Shown here: piece by piece, positions 18,377 through 27,584 of the stretch
Layout: each line of letters starts with the position of its first letter
Numbering within the stretch: position 1 is the first letter of the stretch
DNA from: a virus
Lineage: Duplodnaviria > Caudoviricetes
Virus record (IMG/VR): IMGVR_UViG_3300021255_004427
Span: 128,001 to 192,000 of that record
Direction: 5' to 3' (one strand)
DNA length: 64,000 bases
Notes under the pieces: model-generated
The model's input: only the letters and a program-made list of their open reading frames with translations
What the model was told of the DNA's origin: nothing
Databases searched by the model: none
Position numbers and translations under genes: made by a program

Positions 18377-18420
18377 AAAAAGAGCGGCGGCCCATTAAGT
18401 AAATAGGCGCCACTCTTTTT
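18377..18420. terminator. Bidirectional terminator-like hairpin
   Basis: aaaaagag(c)ggcg...cgcc(a)ctcttttt with A and T runs on both sides. Confidence 0.7.
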
Positions 18421-18564
18421 GCGTAGTAGAGCTAAAGTAGTTTTCAAGGAGGAAATAAACGCTTGTCTTAAAGACACTCGCACCTCCAATATTACCGGGA
18501 TTTTCTCTTTTGATACCGGATAGCAACAAAGCATGTAAGGAAATATTTTTTAGAGGTAACACGA

Positions 18565-19065
18565 ATGGCTGTAAAAAGCATATACAAAGAGCTTTTAGAT
18601 ATGGCTCAGGATTCTCAAGTTAATGACGATATGGATATTGATATAATGGAGCCTTTTTTGGGCGACATGGCAGATATCATGTCCAACTACGATGAAAGCG
18701 AAAGTAAAATTGCCTACTTACCAATAAAAAGGCATTACATTGAACAAAATGGCTTAAGATATGATATTAGCGGCATTCTCTCTTATGCAGTTAGAGATGG
18801 AATACCGAAAAACATTCTTGATGAATATATAGATGGGGAGTTCTTTAATGATTATCCCGTAGCGGTTTCTTTTCTTATGCGGCGGGATGACTACATAAAA
18901 ATGCAGCGGGAAACATTCACCAATGGCCTTTACAATATCCTGCGATTCAGCCGGGGGATGCATAATGTATTTTCAGCCGGCCATATCGTAACGGTATATG
19001 GTGACTCGGAAAATGTAACAGTTATTGCCGGCTTTAGTAAAGAAGGGGACGAGTTAGATGATTGA
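18565..19065 (+). CDS. Hypothetical protein
   Basis: GAGGT RBS, 166 aa. Confidence 0.75.
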   Translation: MAVKSIYKELLDMAQDSQVNDDMDIDIMEPFLGDMADIMSNYDESESKIAYLPIKRHYIEQNGLRYDISGILSYAVRDGIPKNILDEYIDGEFFNDYPVAVSFLMRRDDYIKMQRETFTNGLYNILRFSRGMHNVFSAGHIVTVYGDSENVTVIAGFSKEGDELDD

Positions 19066-19360
19066 TTATATTAAGAGCGCAAAAAGACTGGCCACCGAAA
19101 ACGATAATACGTTACATATGCATATTGAATGTGTAGACAACGGATATATACTACATTCTCGGAATAAGTTTTTTGACTCGGATGAACTGCGAAAAATCAC
19201 CGACGGTAATATACAGGTAAAAATGTTAAATCCTTTTCATCCGTATGAATCAGACTGGTTTATTCCTGCACCTGGTAGTGAAGCAAGGAAACTAATTCTG
19301 GAGTCAAATTTATACCTCTTGTTTCTGAAAATCTTAGGGAAAACGGAAAACAGGGCGTAA
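19058..19360 (+). CDS. Hypothetical protein
   Basis: 100 aa, overlaps the upstream stop. Confidence 0.7.
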   Translation: MIDYIKSAKRLATENDNTLHMHIECVDNGYILHSRNKFFDSDELRKITDGNIQVKMLNPFHPYESDWFIPAPGSEARKLILESNLYLLFLKILGKTENRA

Positions 19361-19416
19361 TAACCCGAACAGTAGAGTAGCAGTAATAGGCCGGAGGGCC
19401 TTGGAGGAAAAGACTT

Positions 19417-20610
19417 TTGGAAATTAAAAAGGAATATAACCAGTCTCTTGAAGAGACGTACGATGATTGGAAGTATCGCATTATCCTTGGAAAAAGAGAC
19501 GGTAAGGTAGATATGAGCTGGGATGAAATCATCTCTATGCTTGGCCTTACCTGTTCCAATGATTATTTACGCAAAATAGCCGCGGGCATTGAGGGGTATC
19601 GCAATTATTTGCGAAATAGAAATGAAGAGACCTTAGAGAATGCACCGCAGTCCGCCATTGATGCTATTGACGATAAAGAGTTCCAGCTCCGCCGCCAAAA
19701 GATGCGTATGCAGGATCAGAAGCGCGAGCTTAATAAGAAACTTCGTGAATGGGCGCGGGCTGAACATATTCAGGAAGAGTTTATTAAGGCTGTTAAAGAC
19801 CTGCCAAAACTTCCCGAAGTTAATCCCATTAATAAGATTAATGGCGATAAAGAAGGCATACTGATGCTTTCCGACTGGCATGCCGGTATGGTGTCAGACA
19901 ATGCGTGCAATATATTTAATACCCGCGTTCTGCAGGAAAGAGTACAGACGCTGGTGGATAAGACCATAGAGGCATGTGTCTGTCATAATATCAGTAAGGT
20001 ACATATTTTCTGTCTCGGCGATATGGTCAACGGACTTATCCATGTGACCACACGCATTAACAACGAGGAAGACGTTGTTAAACAGAGCATGTTGGTGGCC
20101 GAACTTATCTGTAAGGTAATCAATGAGCTGTTGGAAGTGGCAGATGTTGAATTGTACTGGAGTCGTGGCAATCATGACCGCGTAGTAGCTAATAAAAAAG
20201 AGTCAATCTGTACCGAGAGCTTTGCGGATATGATTCTCTGGTATATCAAAGCAAGGCTTGAAAATACAGACGGGCTTTCCTTCCATGAAAATGAGGTGGA
20301 TGATGAGATTGTCGTGGCAGACGTACTGGGTAACACTATATTCGCTGCCCATGGCCATAAAGATAAACCGACAAAAGCCGTGGAAAATCTTTCACTTCTC
20401 TTAAAGAAGTTCCCGGACATGGTTTTATTGGGTCATTTTCATAGCGCAGCAGAACGAGAAGTGCAGGGCGCGGAAGTTATTGTAAATGGTTCGCTCTGCG
20501 GAACGGATGGGTACGCATTTAGTTTGCGGTGTACAAGTCACCCGGTTCAGAAGTTCTTAGTAATGAGCGAGCAAGGGCGAGAATGTACATATAATATTCG
20601 CCTCGATTAA
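19417..20610 (+). CDS. Calcineurin-like metallophosphoesterase with an N-terminal HTH/coiled-coil
   Basis: SDWH, GDMVNG, GNHD, AHGH and GHFH motifs. Confidence 0.9.
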   Translation: MEIKKEYNQSLEETYDDWKYRIILGKRDGKVDMSWDEIISMLGLTCSNDYLRKIAAGIEGYRNYLRNRNEETLENAPQSAIDAIDDKEFQLRRQKMRMQDQKRELNKKLREWARAEHIQEEFIKAVKDLPKLPEVNPINKINGDKEGILMLSDWHAGMVSDNACNIFNTRVLQERVQTLVDKTIEACVCHNISKVHIFCLGDMVNGLIHVTTRINNEEDVVKQSMLVAELICKVINELLEVADVELYWSRGNHDRVVANKKESICTESFADMILWYIKARLENTDGLSFHENEVDDEIVVADVLGNTIFAAHGHKDKPTKAVENLSLLLKKFPDMVLLGHFHSAAEREVQGAEVIVNGSLCGTDGYAFSLRCTSHPVQKFLVMSEQGRECTYNIRLD

Positions 20611-20768
20611 CAATACATAACACATCATAGCTCGTCGGCAGCGGTAATATTGCTCATGAAATAACATACTTCAAAATATGTTAGGGGCTAAGGCTAGAGC
20701 GAGGGGCATAAGCCTTGTGCAAGAAAACACTCCAGAGAATAACACGATATGTAAGGGTGTGTGATTTT

Positions 20769-21173
20769 ATGGAGCTTGAAGCGGTTGGGCAGATAGTTGG
20801 CGTACTTGGATTTTTGGGAACCGTATTTGGCTTTCTGTTTAAGACATACGGGAAAATCCGGGACTATCTGAACACACAGAACAATTTTCAGGAGCGACTG
20901 GAAAACAAGACTGTTGAAATGAAAGATACTATGGCTGGCCTAAAAGAGGACGTTGCCAAAATTCGAGAGTCGGATATGGTCCAGTCGGAAGGATTGCAAT
21001 GTGTGCTCAGAGAACAGTTGCTTAAAAACATGGAGCCGTGCATAATTAACGGTAAGGCGGACGACCATACACGAGAGAATGTTGAGCATATGTATGTTGC
21101 TTATCGGGCTCTTGGCGGCAACGGTATGATCGAAGCAATGTATAAGCAGTTTGGCAAGCTTCCGCCCGCTTAA
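20769..21173 (+). CDS. Phage membrane protein (holin-associated type)
   Basis: N-terminal TM helix, coiled coil and Y..Y.ALGGNG....MY.....LP C-terminus common in phage lysis/tail regions. Confidence 0.65.
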   Translation: MELEAVGQIVGVLGFLGTVFGFLFKTYGKIRDYLNTQNNFQERLENKTVEMKDTMAGLKEDVAKIRESDMVQSEGLQCVLREQLLKNMEPCIINGKADDHTRENVEHMYVAYRALGGNGMIEAMYKQFGKLPPA

Positions 21174-21383
21174 AAAATGGCGTTCGTAATTCGAGCGTCG
21201 CAAAATATTATACCAAATAAAAATAAGGCAGGATATATGCCTTATTTTTTTATGCTATGAGCGCCATAAAACAGCATAAGTAGGCTGTAATAAGCGGACT
21301 GTAAGACTATTAATAAGCATAACTATAATACACACAGATAAAATGCTATAAAACGTAGGAGCTGTAGGAGGAATCCGTAAACA

Positions 21384-22370
21384 ATGTCAATGACAAGTAT
21401 TAAGCAAATAAATGGCGGCAAAGAACTTCAAGGCGATGTTCACGCCCTGTTAAATATAGTTGGAAAAGATAAGGAAGCGTTCTTTAATGAAATACTGAAC
21501 TGGCTTTTGTCGGAAGCGCCGCAGGATTTTAATCCAGAAATTCTTAAGAGCAGCAAGCTGGTTAAGCTGGTTAGTTCGGCAGTAATGGTAAATAATGAAG
21601 AGCCTGAAAAACCATATCTTAGCTTTGTGGAAGAAAATAATGAACCATTTACGCTAAAAACTAACGGTAAAAACTGGGATGGTGCCTTAGAATACTCGAC
21701 AGACACAGAAAATTGGTCAGAATGGGACGGTACTGAGGTTAGTTCTTCTAATGACGGAAAATTGTATTTAAGAGGAACGGGCAATACTGTAATTTCGCAA
21801 GGCTTACCATTTATTTTTACGGATAATAAGAGAATCCAATGTTTTGGTAATATAGAAAACTTGTTGGACTATCAAGCTGTTATAGTAGGTAATCACCCAA
21901 CAATGAGTCAAAGTTGCTTTGACTCATTGTTCTGCGGGTCGTGCCTTATTACAGCGCCAGAATTGCCATCAACAGATTTAGCTTCAAACTGTTATAGTTT
22001 TATGTTCTATGAATGCACACTCCTTGAAAAAGCGCCGCAATTACCTGCTATAAATCTACAAGATTATTGTTATGCTGTTATGTTCCAAAATTGCACCGCT
22101 CTTAAAGAAGCTCCTGAGTTACCTGCAACAGAGATGCATGAACTCTGCTATGGAAATATGTTTGCAGATTGTACATCTCTTATTAAACCACCAACTCAAC
22201 TTCCTGCGTCGGCATTGGCGTCAAACTGCTATAACAGCATGTTCAGAAACTGCACTTCTCTTGCGGGTAGTATTCATTGCCCTGCTTCTACTGCATCAGA
22301 TCCTAACAGACTTGATGCTAGTACAGATAATTTACCCGCTAATACTGCTACCGTAGTATATGACTTGTAA
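21384..22370 (+). CDS. Virion fibre/adhesin-like protein with LPAxxLxxxCYxxMF repeats
   Basis: N-terminus shared with 34185 and 37120. Repeat domain and C-terminus (PANTATVVYDL) shared with 35941. Confidence 0.75.
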   Translation: MSMTSIKQINGGKELQGDVHALLNIVGKDKEAFFNEILNWLLSEAPQDFNPEILKSSKLVKLVSSAVMVNNEEPEKPYLSFVEENNEPFTLKTNGKNWDGALEYSTDTENWSEWDGTEVSSSNDGKLYLRGTGNTVISQGLPFIFTDNKRIQCFGNIENLLDYQAVIVGNHPTMSQSCFDSLFCGSCLITAPELPSTDLASNCYSFMFYECTLLEKAPQLPAINLQDYCYAVMFQNCTALKEAPELPATEMHELCYGNMFADCTSLIKPPTQLPASALASNCYNSMFRNCTSLAGSIHCPASTASDPNRLDASTDNLPANTATVVYDL

Positions 22371-22388
22371 ACAAAGGAGTATTTTTAT

Positions 22389-24566
22389 ATGCTTTCACTA
22401 GCTCAGACCATAAAAGATTTAAAAAATAATATAGTAAATATCTTAAACACCATGGCACCTAAAACATATGTCGACAAAAAGGTAGCTGATTTGGTTAATG
22501 GAGCGCCGGCACAATTAGACACCCTGCAGGAATTATCCAAGGCTCTTAACAATGACAAAGATTTTGGAGCAACTGTTAATAACGCCATTGCTAAGAAACT
22601 GGATTCAGCTGGCGGCACCATTACAGGTAACTTAACGGTAAAAGGTACTTTGACGGCTAAAGCGTCCACGGCCGGTACAGCAGATAGAGCCTTAAAAGCT
22701 GATACATGTACGGGTAACGCAGCTACAGCTTCCAGCGTGTCCTGGTCCGGCATAACAAATAAGCCGACCAGTTTTACTCCGACGATTGCAGCAGAAGTAG
22801 CAGGAACAGCCCCCGCTGCTGGCCAAATCGTGAGAGTAAATAGTCTCGGTGCTCTGATTACCAATGATTTGCTGAAAACGGTGCGCGCTGCAGGAACCGA
22901 TGCTGATATCAGTAAGTTAGTTGCTGAACCTATTTCCATGAAGGAAATGTTTTCAAACTGGCAGAGAATCAGCTGCGCGGCAAATGGCCAGAATCAAAAC
23001 TCGAACAGCAGTGACCAAACCACAGCCCGTGCTTGTTACTATTATGACGACAACACCAGAACCATTGTGTGCCCCAATAACTCTGACCCGTTCTCGGCAT
23101 TTGTTAGCTCAGACAGTTATGCTCCGGATTATCGAATAAAATACCAACTTACAGGACGCGACGGTGATGACGACGGTCTCTGTTTTATAGCAGGATTTAT
23201 GGTGGATAAAGCTGGTAAGTTCCATACACTTACGGTTTGGCGTATGGGCGACAATGAAACGCAAGCTCCTGACCCGATTTCAGACTACAAGGCATCGTCC
23301 CATCAGGCTCGTTTTGCTATTTGCTACGATGTATACGCCGCCTGGATGCCGCAAAGTCCCAATGGAATCGTATTAGCGCGCACGGTTGCGCCACTTAAAA
23401 CCGACTGGTATACGAAAACATGTCTTTGCGAAGTTCAAAAAACTTCCACGCAAATTATTGCGAAAACGGCAGATGTCAACTCCACTGACATGAAGTACAC
23501 GTTAACATTCACTTTGCCTTCTTCAAAACCCGCCGACTGGTCACAAGAAGCTTATGATAACATTAAATTCATGATGCAGAATTCTTCTCAAATCGGTTTT
23601 GGTACGCAATCTAATCCATGTTCATTTAAGATTTTGGAACAGACTGGGTCAATTACGGCTATTACAGTATACAACGTAAACACTGGTAAAAAGCTTACGT
23701 ATATGAACGGAGCAAAGCAGAGCGAAGTTGATGACAGCAATGTTCTAACTCCTGGATGTTTCTTGTATTCCACGATTACTAAGAAGTTGTTCTACGTTAA
23801 GAATAAGGATATGGTAGTTCTTATCGACAACGGCGGAGAAGATATCCTAACTAACAAAAATATCGTTAAAAACGGTACGCCGACAAAAGATGTCTCGTTA
23901 AGGTACGAGACGGAAAACGGTAAAAACGTCGTAATTCCTTACGTAGATGGAGTAAAAGTACCGTTATCTGCGAATACTTGGGATTCCATTACAGGTAAAC
24001 CATCAACATTCGCACCATCCAGTCATAGTCATGGTTGGGGAGAGATTAGCAATAAACCGGCACAAGCAACGAGATGGCCGACTTGGGGCGAGGTATCAGA
24101 AAAGCCTACCTCCTTTACGCCTGCTGCACATAGCCATGGATGGGATTCTATTACAGGCAAACCATCGACTTTTGCGCCCTCCGGCCATAGTCATGCATGG
24201 GATTCCATTACGGGTAAGCCGTCAACATTTACGCCATCTAGCCATAACCATGCGTGGAGTAATATCACTGGCGCACCGGCCACGGCTACGCGTTGGCCGA
24301 CCTGGGATGAAATAACAGGCAAACCCGCTACCTTCCCGTCTAGTGGTGGCGGTACAGCGTCCAGTGTGGCATGGAATAATATTACAGGTAAACCATCAAC
24401 TTTTGCACCGTCCAGCCATGGTCATGCATGGGGAGAGATTAGTGGAGCTCCGGCGCAGGCGACCAGATGGCCGACATGGAGCGAAGTTTCCAGTAAACCC
24501 GGAAGGATCGTTACCGTTGCATCTTGGGATGCTAGTACGGGCGTTCTTCAGTTAAAAACCGTGTAA
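22389..24566 (+). CDS. Tail fibre protein
   Basis: LVNGAPAQLDTLQELSKALNND motif, KLDSAGGTITGNL, GNAATAS, and multiple WxxITGKPSTFxPSxHxH and TRWPTW repeats. Confidence 0.9.
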   Translation: MLSLAQTIKDLKNNIVNILNTMAPKTYVDKKVADLVNGAPAQLDTLQELSKALNNDKDFGATVNNAIAKKLDSAGGTITGNLTVKGTLTAKASTAGTADRALKADTCTGNAATASSVSWSGITNKPTSFTPTIAAEVAGTAPAAGQIVRVNSLGALITNDLLKTVRAAGTDADISKLVAEPISMKEMFSNWQRISCAANGQNQNSNSSDQTTARACYYYDDNTRTIVCPNNSDPFSAFVSSDSYAPDYRIKYQLTGRDGDDDGLCFIAGFMVDKAGKFHTLTVWRMGDNETQAPDPISDYKASSHQARFAICYDVYAAWMPQSPNGIVLARTVAPLKTDWYTKTCLCEVQKTSTQIIAKTADVNSTDMKYTLTFTLPSSKPADWSQEAYDNIKFMMQNSSQIGFGTQSNPCSFKILEQTGSITAITVYNVNTGKKLTYMNGAKQSEVDDSNVLTPGCFLYSTITKKLFYVKNKDMVVLIDNGGEDILTNKNIVKNGTPTKDVSLRYETENGKNVVIPYVDGVKVPLSANTWDSITGKPSTFAPSSHSHGWGEISNKPAQATRWPTWGEVSEKPTSFTPAAHSHGWDSITGKPSTFAPSGHSHAWDSITGKPSTFTPSSHNHAWSNITGAPATATRWPTWDEITGKPATFPSSGGGTASSVAWNNITGKPSTFAPSSHGHAWGEISGAPAQATRWPTWSEVSSKPGRIVTVASWDASTGVLQLKTV
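23977..24500 (+). repeat. Degenerate in-frame tail-fibre repeats
   Basis: Repeated tgggattc.attac.gg.aa.cc.tc.ac.tt and tggccgac.tgg units. Confidence 0.85.
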
Positions 24567-24578
24567 AGGATGTAGTCT

Positions 24579-25247
24579 ATGTCTCTTATTATTTCTGACG
24601 GCGAGCCAAAAGATATACAACTAAATGGAACCGCCGTAAAAGAAGTTTGGTTTGATGGCAAAAAAGTTTGGCCTATCTTTGCCGTTATTATAGATGAATA
24701 CACTGTAACTGGCACTCTTATCACGAAAGACTATTGGTACACTACAATCGAAGAATGCTCCGGAGAATGTTATCAAGATCCTCACGGCAGTATGTCAGAC
24801 CGGAACTGCGACTGTTATGGCAGAGAAGGATATGAGCTTGCTACCTGCTATAGGCTGGAGCTCACATTTAGTGGCAAGATAGATCACCTTCCGATAAAAT
24901 ATATTTCCAAATCTGGGGCTACAGTAATCATAGAGGCTAATAAGCTAAAGCACGACAAAGATAAGAATACCTACACCCATGAGTTCGATACTATGGATAC
25001 CCTTGAAGAAATTCAATCCATATATCCAGATACGGGCGTAACAGACTATAGCATTATTAAGTCCTGCGATATTACGGAACAAAAATATGAGGCACCAGAA
25101 CTAGATTGTGATTGTGGTGAAGAAAACTGTGAAAACGACTGTATAAATTGTGTGAGTGATGACTGCCTTAGTGATATGGGTGACTGCGATTGTGCGGATT
25201 GTTCCGACTGTGATATGGACTGTGATATGGACTGTGGTTTGGATTAA
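24579..25247 (+). CDS. Fibre-associated protein with a Cys/Asp-rich C-terminal tail (candidate radical SAM substrate)
   Basis: N-terminal IQLNGTAVKEVWFDGKKVWP motif. The last 47 aa hold 12 Cys, each preceded by D or N. 12-bp tandem gactgtgatatg at 25206-25241. Confidence 0.75.
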   Translation: MSLIISDGEPKDIQLNGTAVKEVWFDGKKVWPIFAVIIDEYTVTGTLITKDYWYTTIEECSGECYQDPHGSMSDRNCDCYGREGYELATCYRLELTFSGKIDHLPIKYISKSGATVIIEANKLKHDKDKNTYTHEFDTMDTLEEIQSIYPDTGVTDYSIIKSCDITEQKYEAPELDCDCGEENCENDCINCVSDDCLSDMGDCDCADCSDCDMDCDMDCGLD

Positions 25248-25261
25248 TATAAGGAGCCGAT

Positions 25262-26290
25262 ATGATAATAAAAAGAATATTTCTTATGCTTGGCCCGAAA
25301 TGCAACCTTCAATGCAAGTATTGCTTGCAGCATGACATGGTGGATCATGACAGTACCATAGTCAAGCCGGAAGTGAAAGAATGGATACAAAGCAAGGTGC
25401 CGACAGATTTTGACGCACCTTTAACCATTACGTTTTACGGTGGCGAGCCGTTGGTCTATTGGGGCGCTATTAAAGATGTCGTGCAGAGTATTACCGGTAA
25501 CGTCAACTACGGCATAATTTCTAATGGCAAGCTCATGACTCCCGATAAAGTCGACTTTATTAACGATTACGATATCGGCGTGGCAATCTCGTGGGATGGC
25601 GCTAACGTAGAAGAAACCCGTGGCTATGATGCTGTCAAAAGCAACCCAAATATCTTAGATATTAAACGGCTAAGCTTTTCAGCAGTGCTTAGCTCGCATA
25701 CTTATCCGAGAGATTTTTTAGACGAACTTGATCCGATCATGGGAACGTATAGACGAATTCATGGAAATTCTCCTGGGGTTAATATAGATACGATAATGGA
25801 CTTTGGTAATTGTGGTGAATTACGCGAGATGGATTGCTCAAAAATTGAAGAGCAAATGCGTTACATAATTCAAAACAAAAAAAATAATTCAGCCTATTAT
25901 CGTATCGTTAACCGCTGGCAGAAGCGATATGTCTTTTACCGCAAATACGTAGACAAGACGCCTCTTTGCGGTAACGGCTATGCCGTATGGAACGTAGACG
26001 TTAACGGCGATGTATATCGTTGCCATAACTGCGGCGAAAAAGTCGGCACAATATTTGAACCTCCTGAAGTCGTGCTGGACAGGGTAAAGAAAATGGATCC
26101 AACATACAAAAACTATCAGGAAAAATGCAAAGATTGTCCGGCACAGCCTCTATGCCGCAGCGGCTGCCCGCTAATAGATTCTCAAGGAAGAGAAGACTAC
26201 TACTGCGACATTAAAAAGGCATTCTTATATCCTTTAATCGAAGATATGAATGTGCCTAAAGAAACAGGAAGGATAATACATATTGGATAA
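25262..26290 (+). CDS. Radical SAM enzyme with a SPASM domain
   Basis: CNLQCKYC (CX3CX2C), FYGGEPL, SNGKL, ISWDG. SPASM cysteines CGNG..GDVYRCHNC..CKDC.....CRSGC...YYC. Confidence 0.93.
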   Translation: MIIKRIFLMLGPKCNLQCKYCLQHDMVDHDSTIVKPEVKEWIQSKVPTDFDAPLTITFYGGEPLVYWGAIKDVVQSITGNVNYGIISNGKLMTPDKVDFINDYDIGVAISWDGANVEETRGYDAVKSNPNILDIKRLSFSAVLSSHTYPRDFLDELDPIMGTYRRIHGNSPGVNIDTIMDFGNCGELREMDCSKIEEQMRYIIQNKKNNSAYYRIVNRWQKRYVFYRKYVDKTPLCGNGYAVWNVDVNGDVYRCHNCGEKVGTIFEPPEVVLDRVKKMDPTYKNYQEKCKDCPAQPLCRSGCPLIDSQGREDYYCDIKKAFLYPLIEDMNVPKETGRIIHIG

Positions 26291-27038
26291 TAGTATAGTT
26301 AGAAAGCAATCCGCTTATGTACCGCAAGAGCAACTCATCTTAGGCAATGTGCTTGGAAGTGCACACTATGGACTTGCGGATGAATGGTCTGATCAGGACG
26401 TATGCTATCTACTGATGCCGTCTAAGCAAGACTTAATCCGCGGACGAAAACCTCAGCGCCTGTTGTTTATGGATCAGTGCGACGTCAGTATGTTTGACAT
26501 TCGCAGCCTTATGTTCTTTATCGCTGAAGGCGATATTAATAAACTAGGACTGCTCTTTAACGATGACTGTATGTATGTAGCTCCCCAGTTTAAGGATTTT
26601 GTTGACCAGCTTGTTGCGCGGCGAGAAGATTTAATCAATACTATATCGCCGTCCATACATGCTTGGGCTTTAAATATGTTTGAGTATAAATTGGGACAAA
26701 TCCATTACTACAAGGACACCGAAGAGAAATACAAGCAGTTCGGTTACAATACGAAGAATGTGGCGCAGGCTATTTATTATATCCGTATAGCCATGCAGTA
26801 TTTCATCAACCGTAACTACAGCGTAGAAAATCCTATGCTAAAAGCCTATGATTGCTCCGGCTTTCGCGATGAAATCCTAGATATCAAACACGGTAAGTAC
26901 TCGGAAGAGGAGGCTGTAGCTATAGCTGAAGCAGAATACGCGAAATTAATCGGCATTACTAACTTAGGAAGAAACCATAACGTAGGTTGGGTTAATCAGC
27001 TGGTTTACGACGAAATAGAAAAAATGTTAGGAACGTGA
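26283..27038 (+). CDS. Pol-beta superfamily nucleotidyltransferase (RlaP/PF10127-like)
   Basis: GSAHYGLADEWSDQD (GS..YG...SDxD), YNTKN and ILDIKHGKY motifs. Confidence 0.8.
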   Translation: MDNSIVRKQSAYVPQEQLILGNVLGSAHYGLADEWSDQDVCYLLMPSKQDLIRGRKPQRLLFMDQCDVSMFDIRSLMFFIAEGDINKLGLLFNDDCMYVAPQFKDFVDQLVARREDLINTISPSIHAWALNMFEYKLGQIHYYKDTEEKYKQFGYNTKNVAQAIYYIRIAMQYFINRNYSVENPMLKAYDCSGFRDEILDIKHGKYSEEEAVAIAEAEYAKLIGITNLGRNHNVGWVNQLVYDEIEKMLGT

Positions 27039-27044
27039 CGAATC

Positions 27045-27563
27045 ATGCTAACCTTACCTCAGATAATAAAAGACTTATTATCTAAAGCTAAAACCATTAG
27101 TAATAATATCACAGAAACTTATATTAAGAATTTAATCACTACGGAAATAGAGCGCTCTATTTCTTCTTCTACTGATGGGCCATTATATTTAGCTATTAAA
27201 AACGCGGCTTTTACCAACCTTCCTCCCAAAATTGGTTATGGCAAAGAAAAGACGCTTACAATCACCCCCGTCGGTGGACAGTTAAAAGTAAATATCCCCT
27301 CACAGGCAATATACTTAGGTGGATTCGGCAGTATTATCCCCGCGCAAACAATAAGCCTGCCAGCTAATCAGGATAATTACATTTATGTAGTCCGCGACGC
27401 CGCCGACTATACAAAAGTAAGCTTTGAGATTTACGACCACTTACTTGGCGGAAAAGATAAAGATATCCACTTTACCCGTATTCTTTGCGCCCGCTTTAAG
27501 ACGGATGGTTCTAAGGTTATTGAACAGGAGGCGTTCGAGACAGCGAACTATTCCTGTTTTTAA
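27045..27563 (+). CDS. Virion protein, minimal member of the NLPPKIGY paralog family
   Basis: Shares N-terminal and C-terminal blocks with 27585 and 30134. Confidence 0.75.
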   Translation: MLTLPQIIKDLLSKAKTISNNITETYIKNLITTEIERSISSSTDGPLYLAIKNAAFTNLPPKIGYGKEKTLTITPVGGQLKVNIPSQAIYLGGFGSIIPAQTISLPANQDNYIYVVRDAADYTKVSFEIYDHLLGGKDKDIHFTRILCARFKTDGSKVIEQEAFETANYSCF

Positions 27564-27584
27564 TAATATACATGGAGAGATTTT

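Noticed and set aside
18322-18534. 70-aa minus-strand ORF
   Set aside because: It runs through a terminator hairpin and into the opposite gene. A non-coding interpretation fits better.
23977-24500. Repeats that might be a CRISPR array or DGR template
   Set aside because: They are in-frame, vary at synonymous positions and encode known tail-fibre repeats. There are no unique spacers, and no reverse transcriptase in the window.
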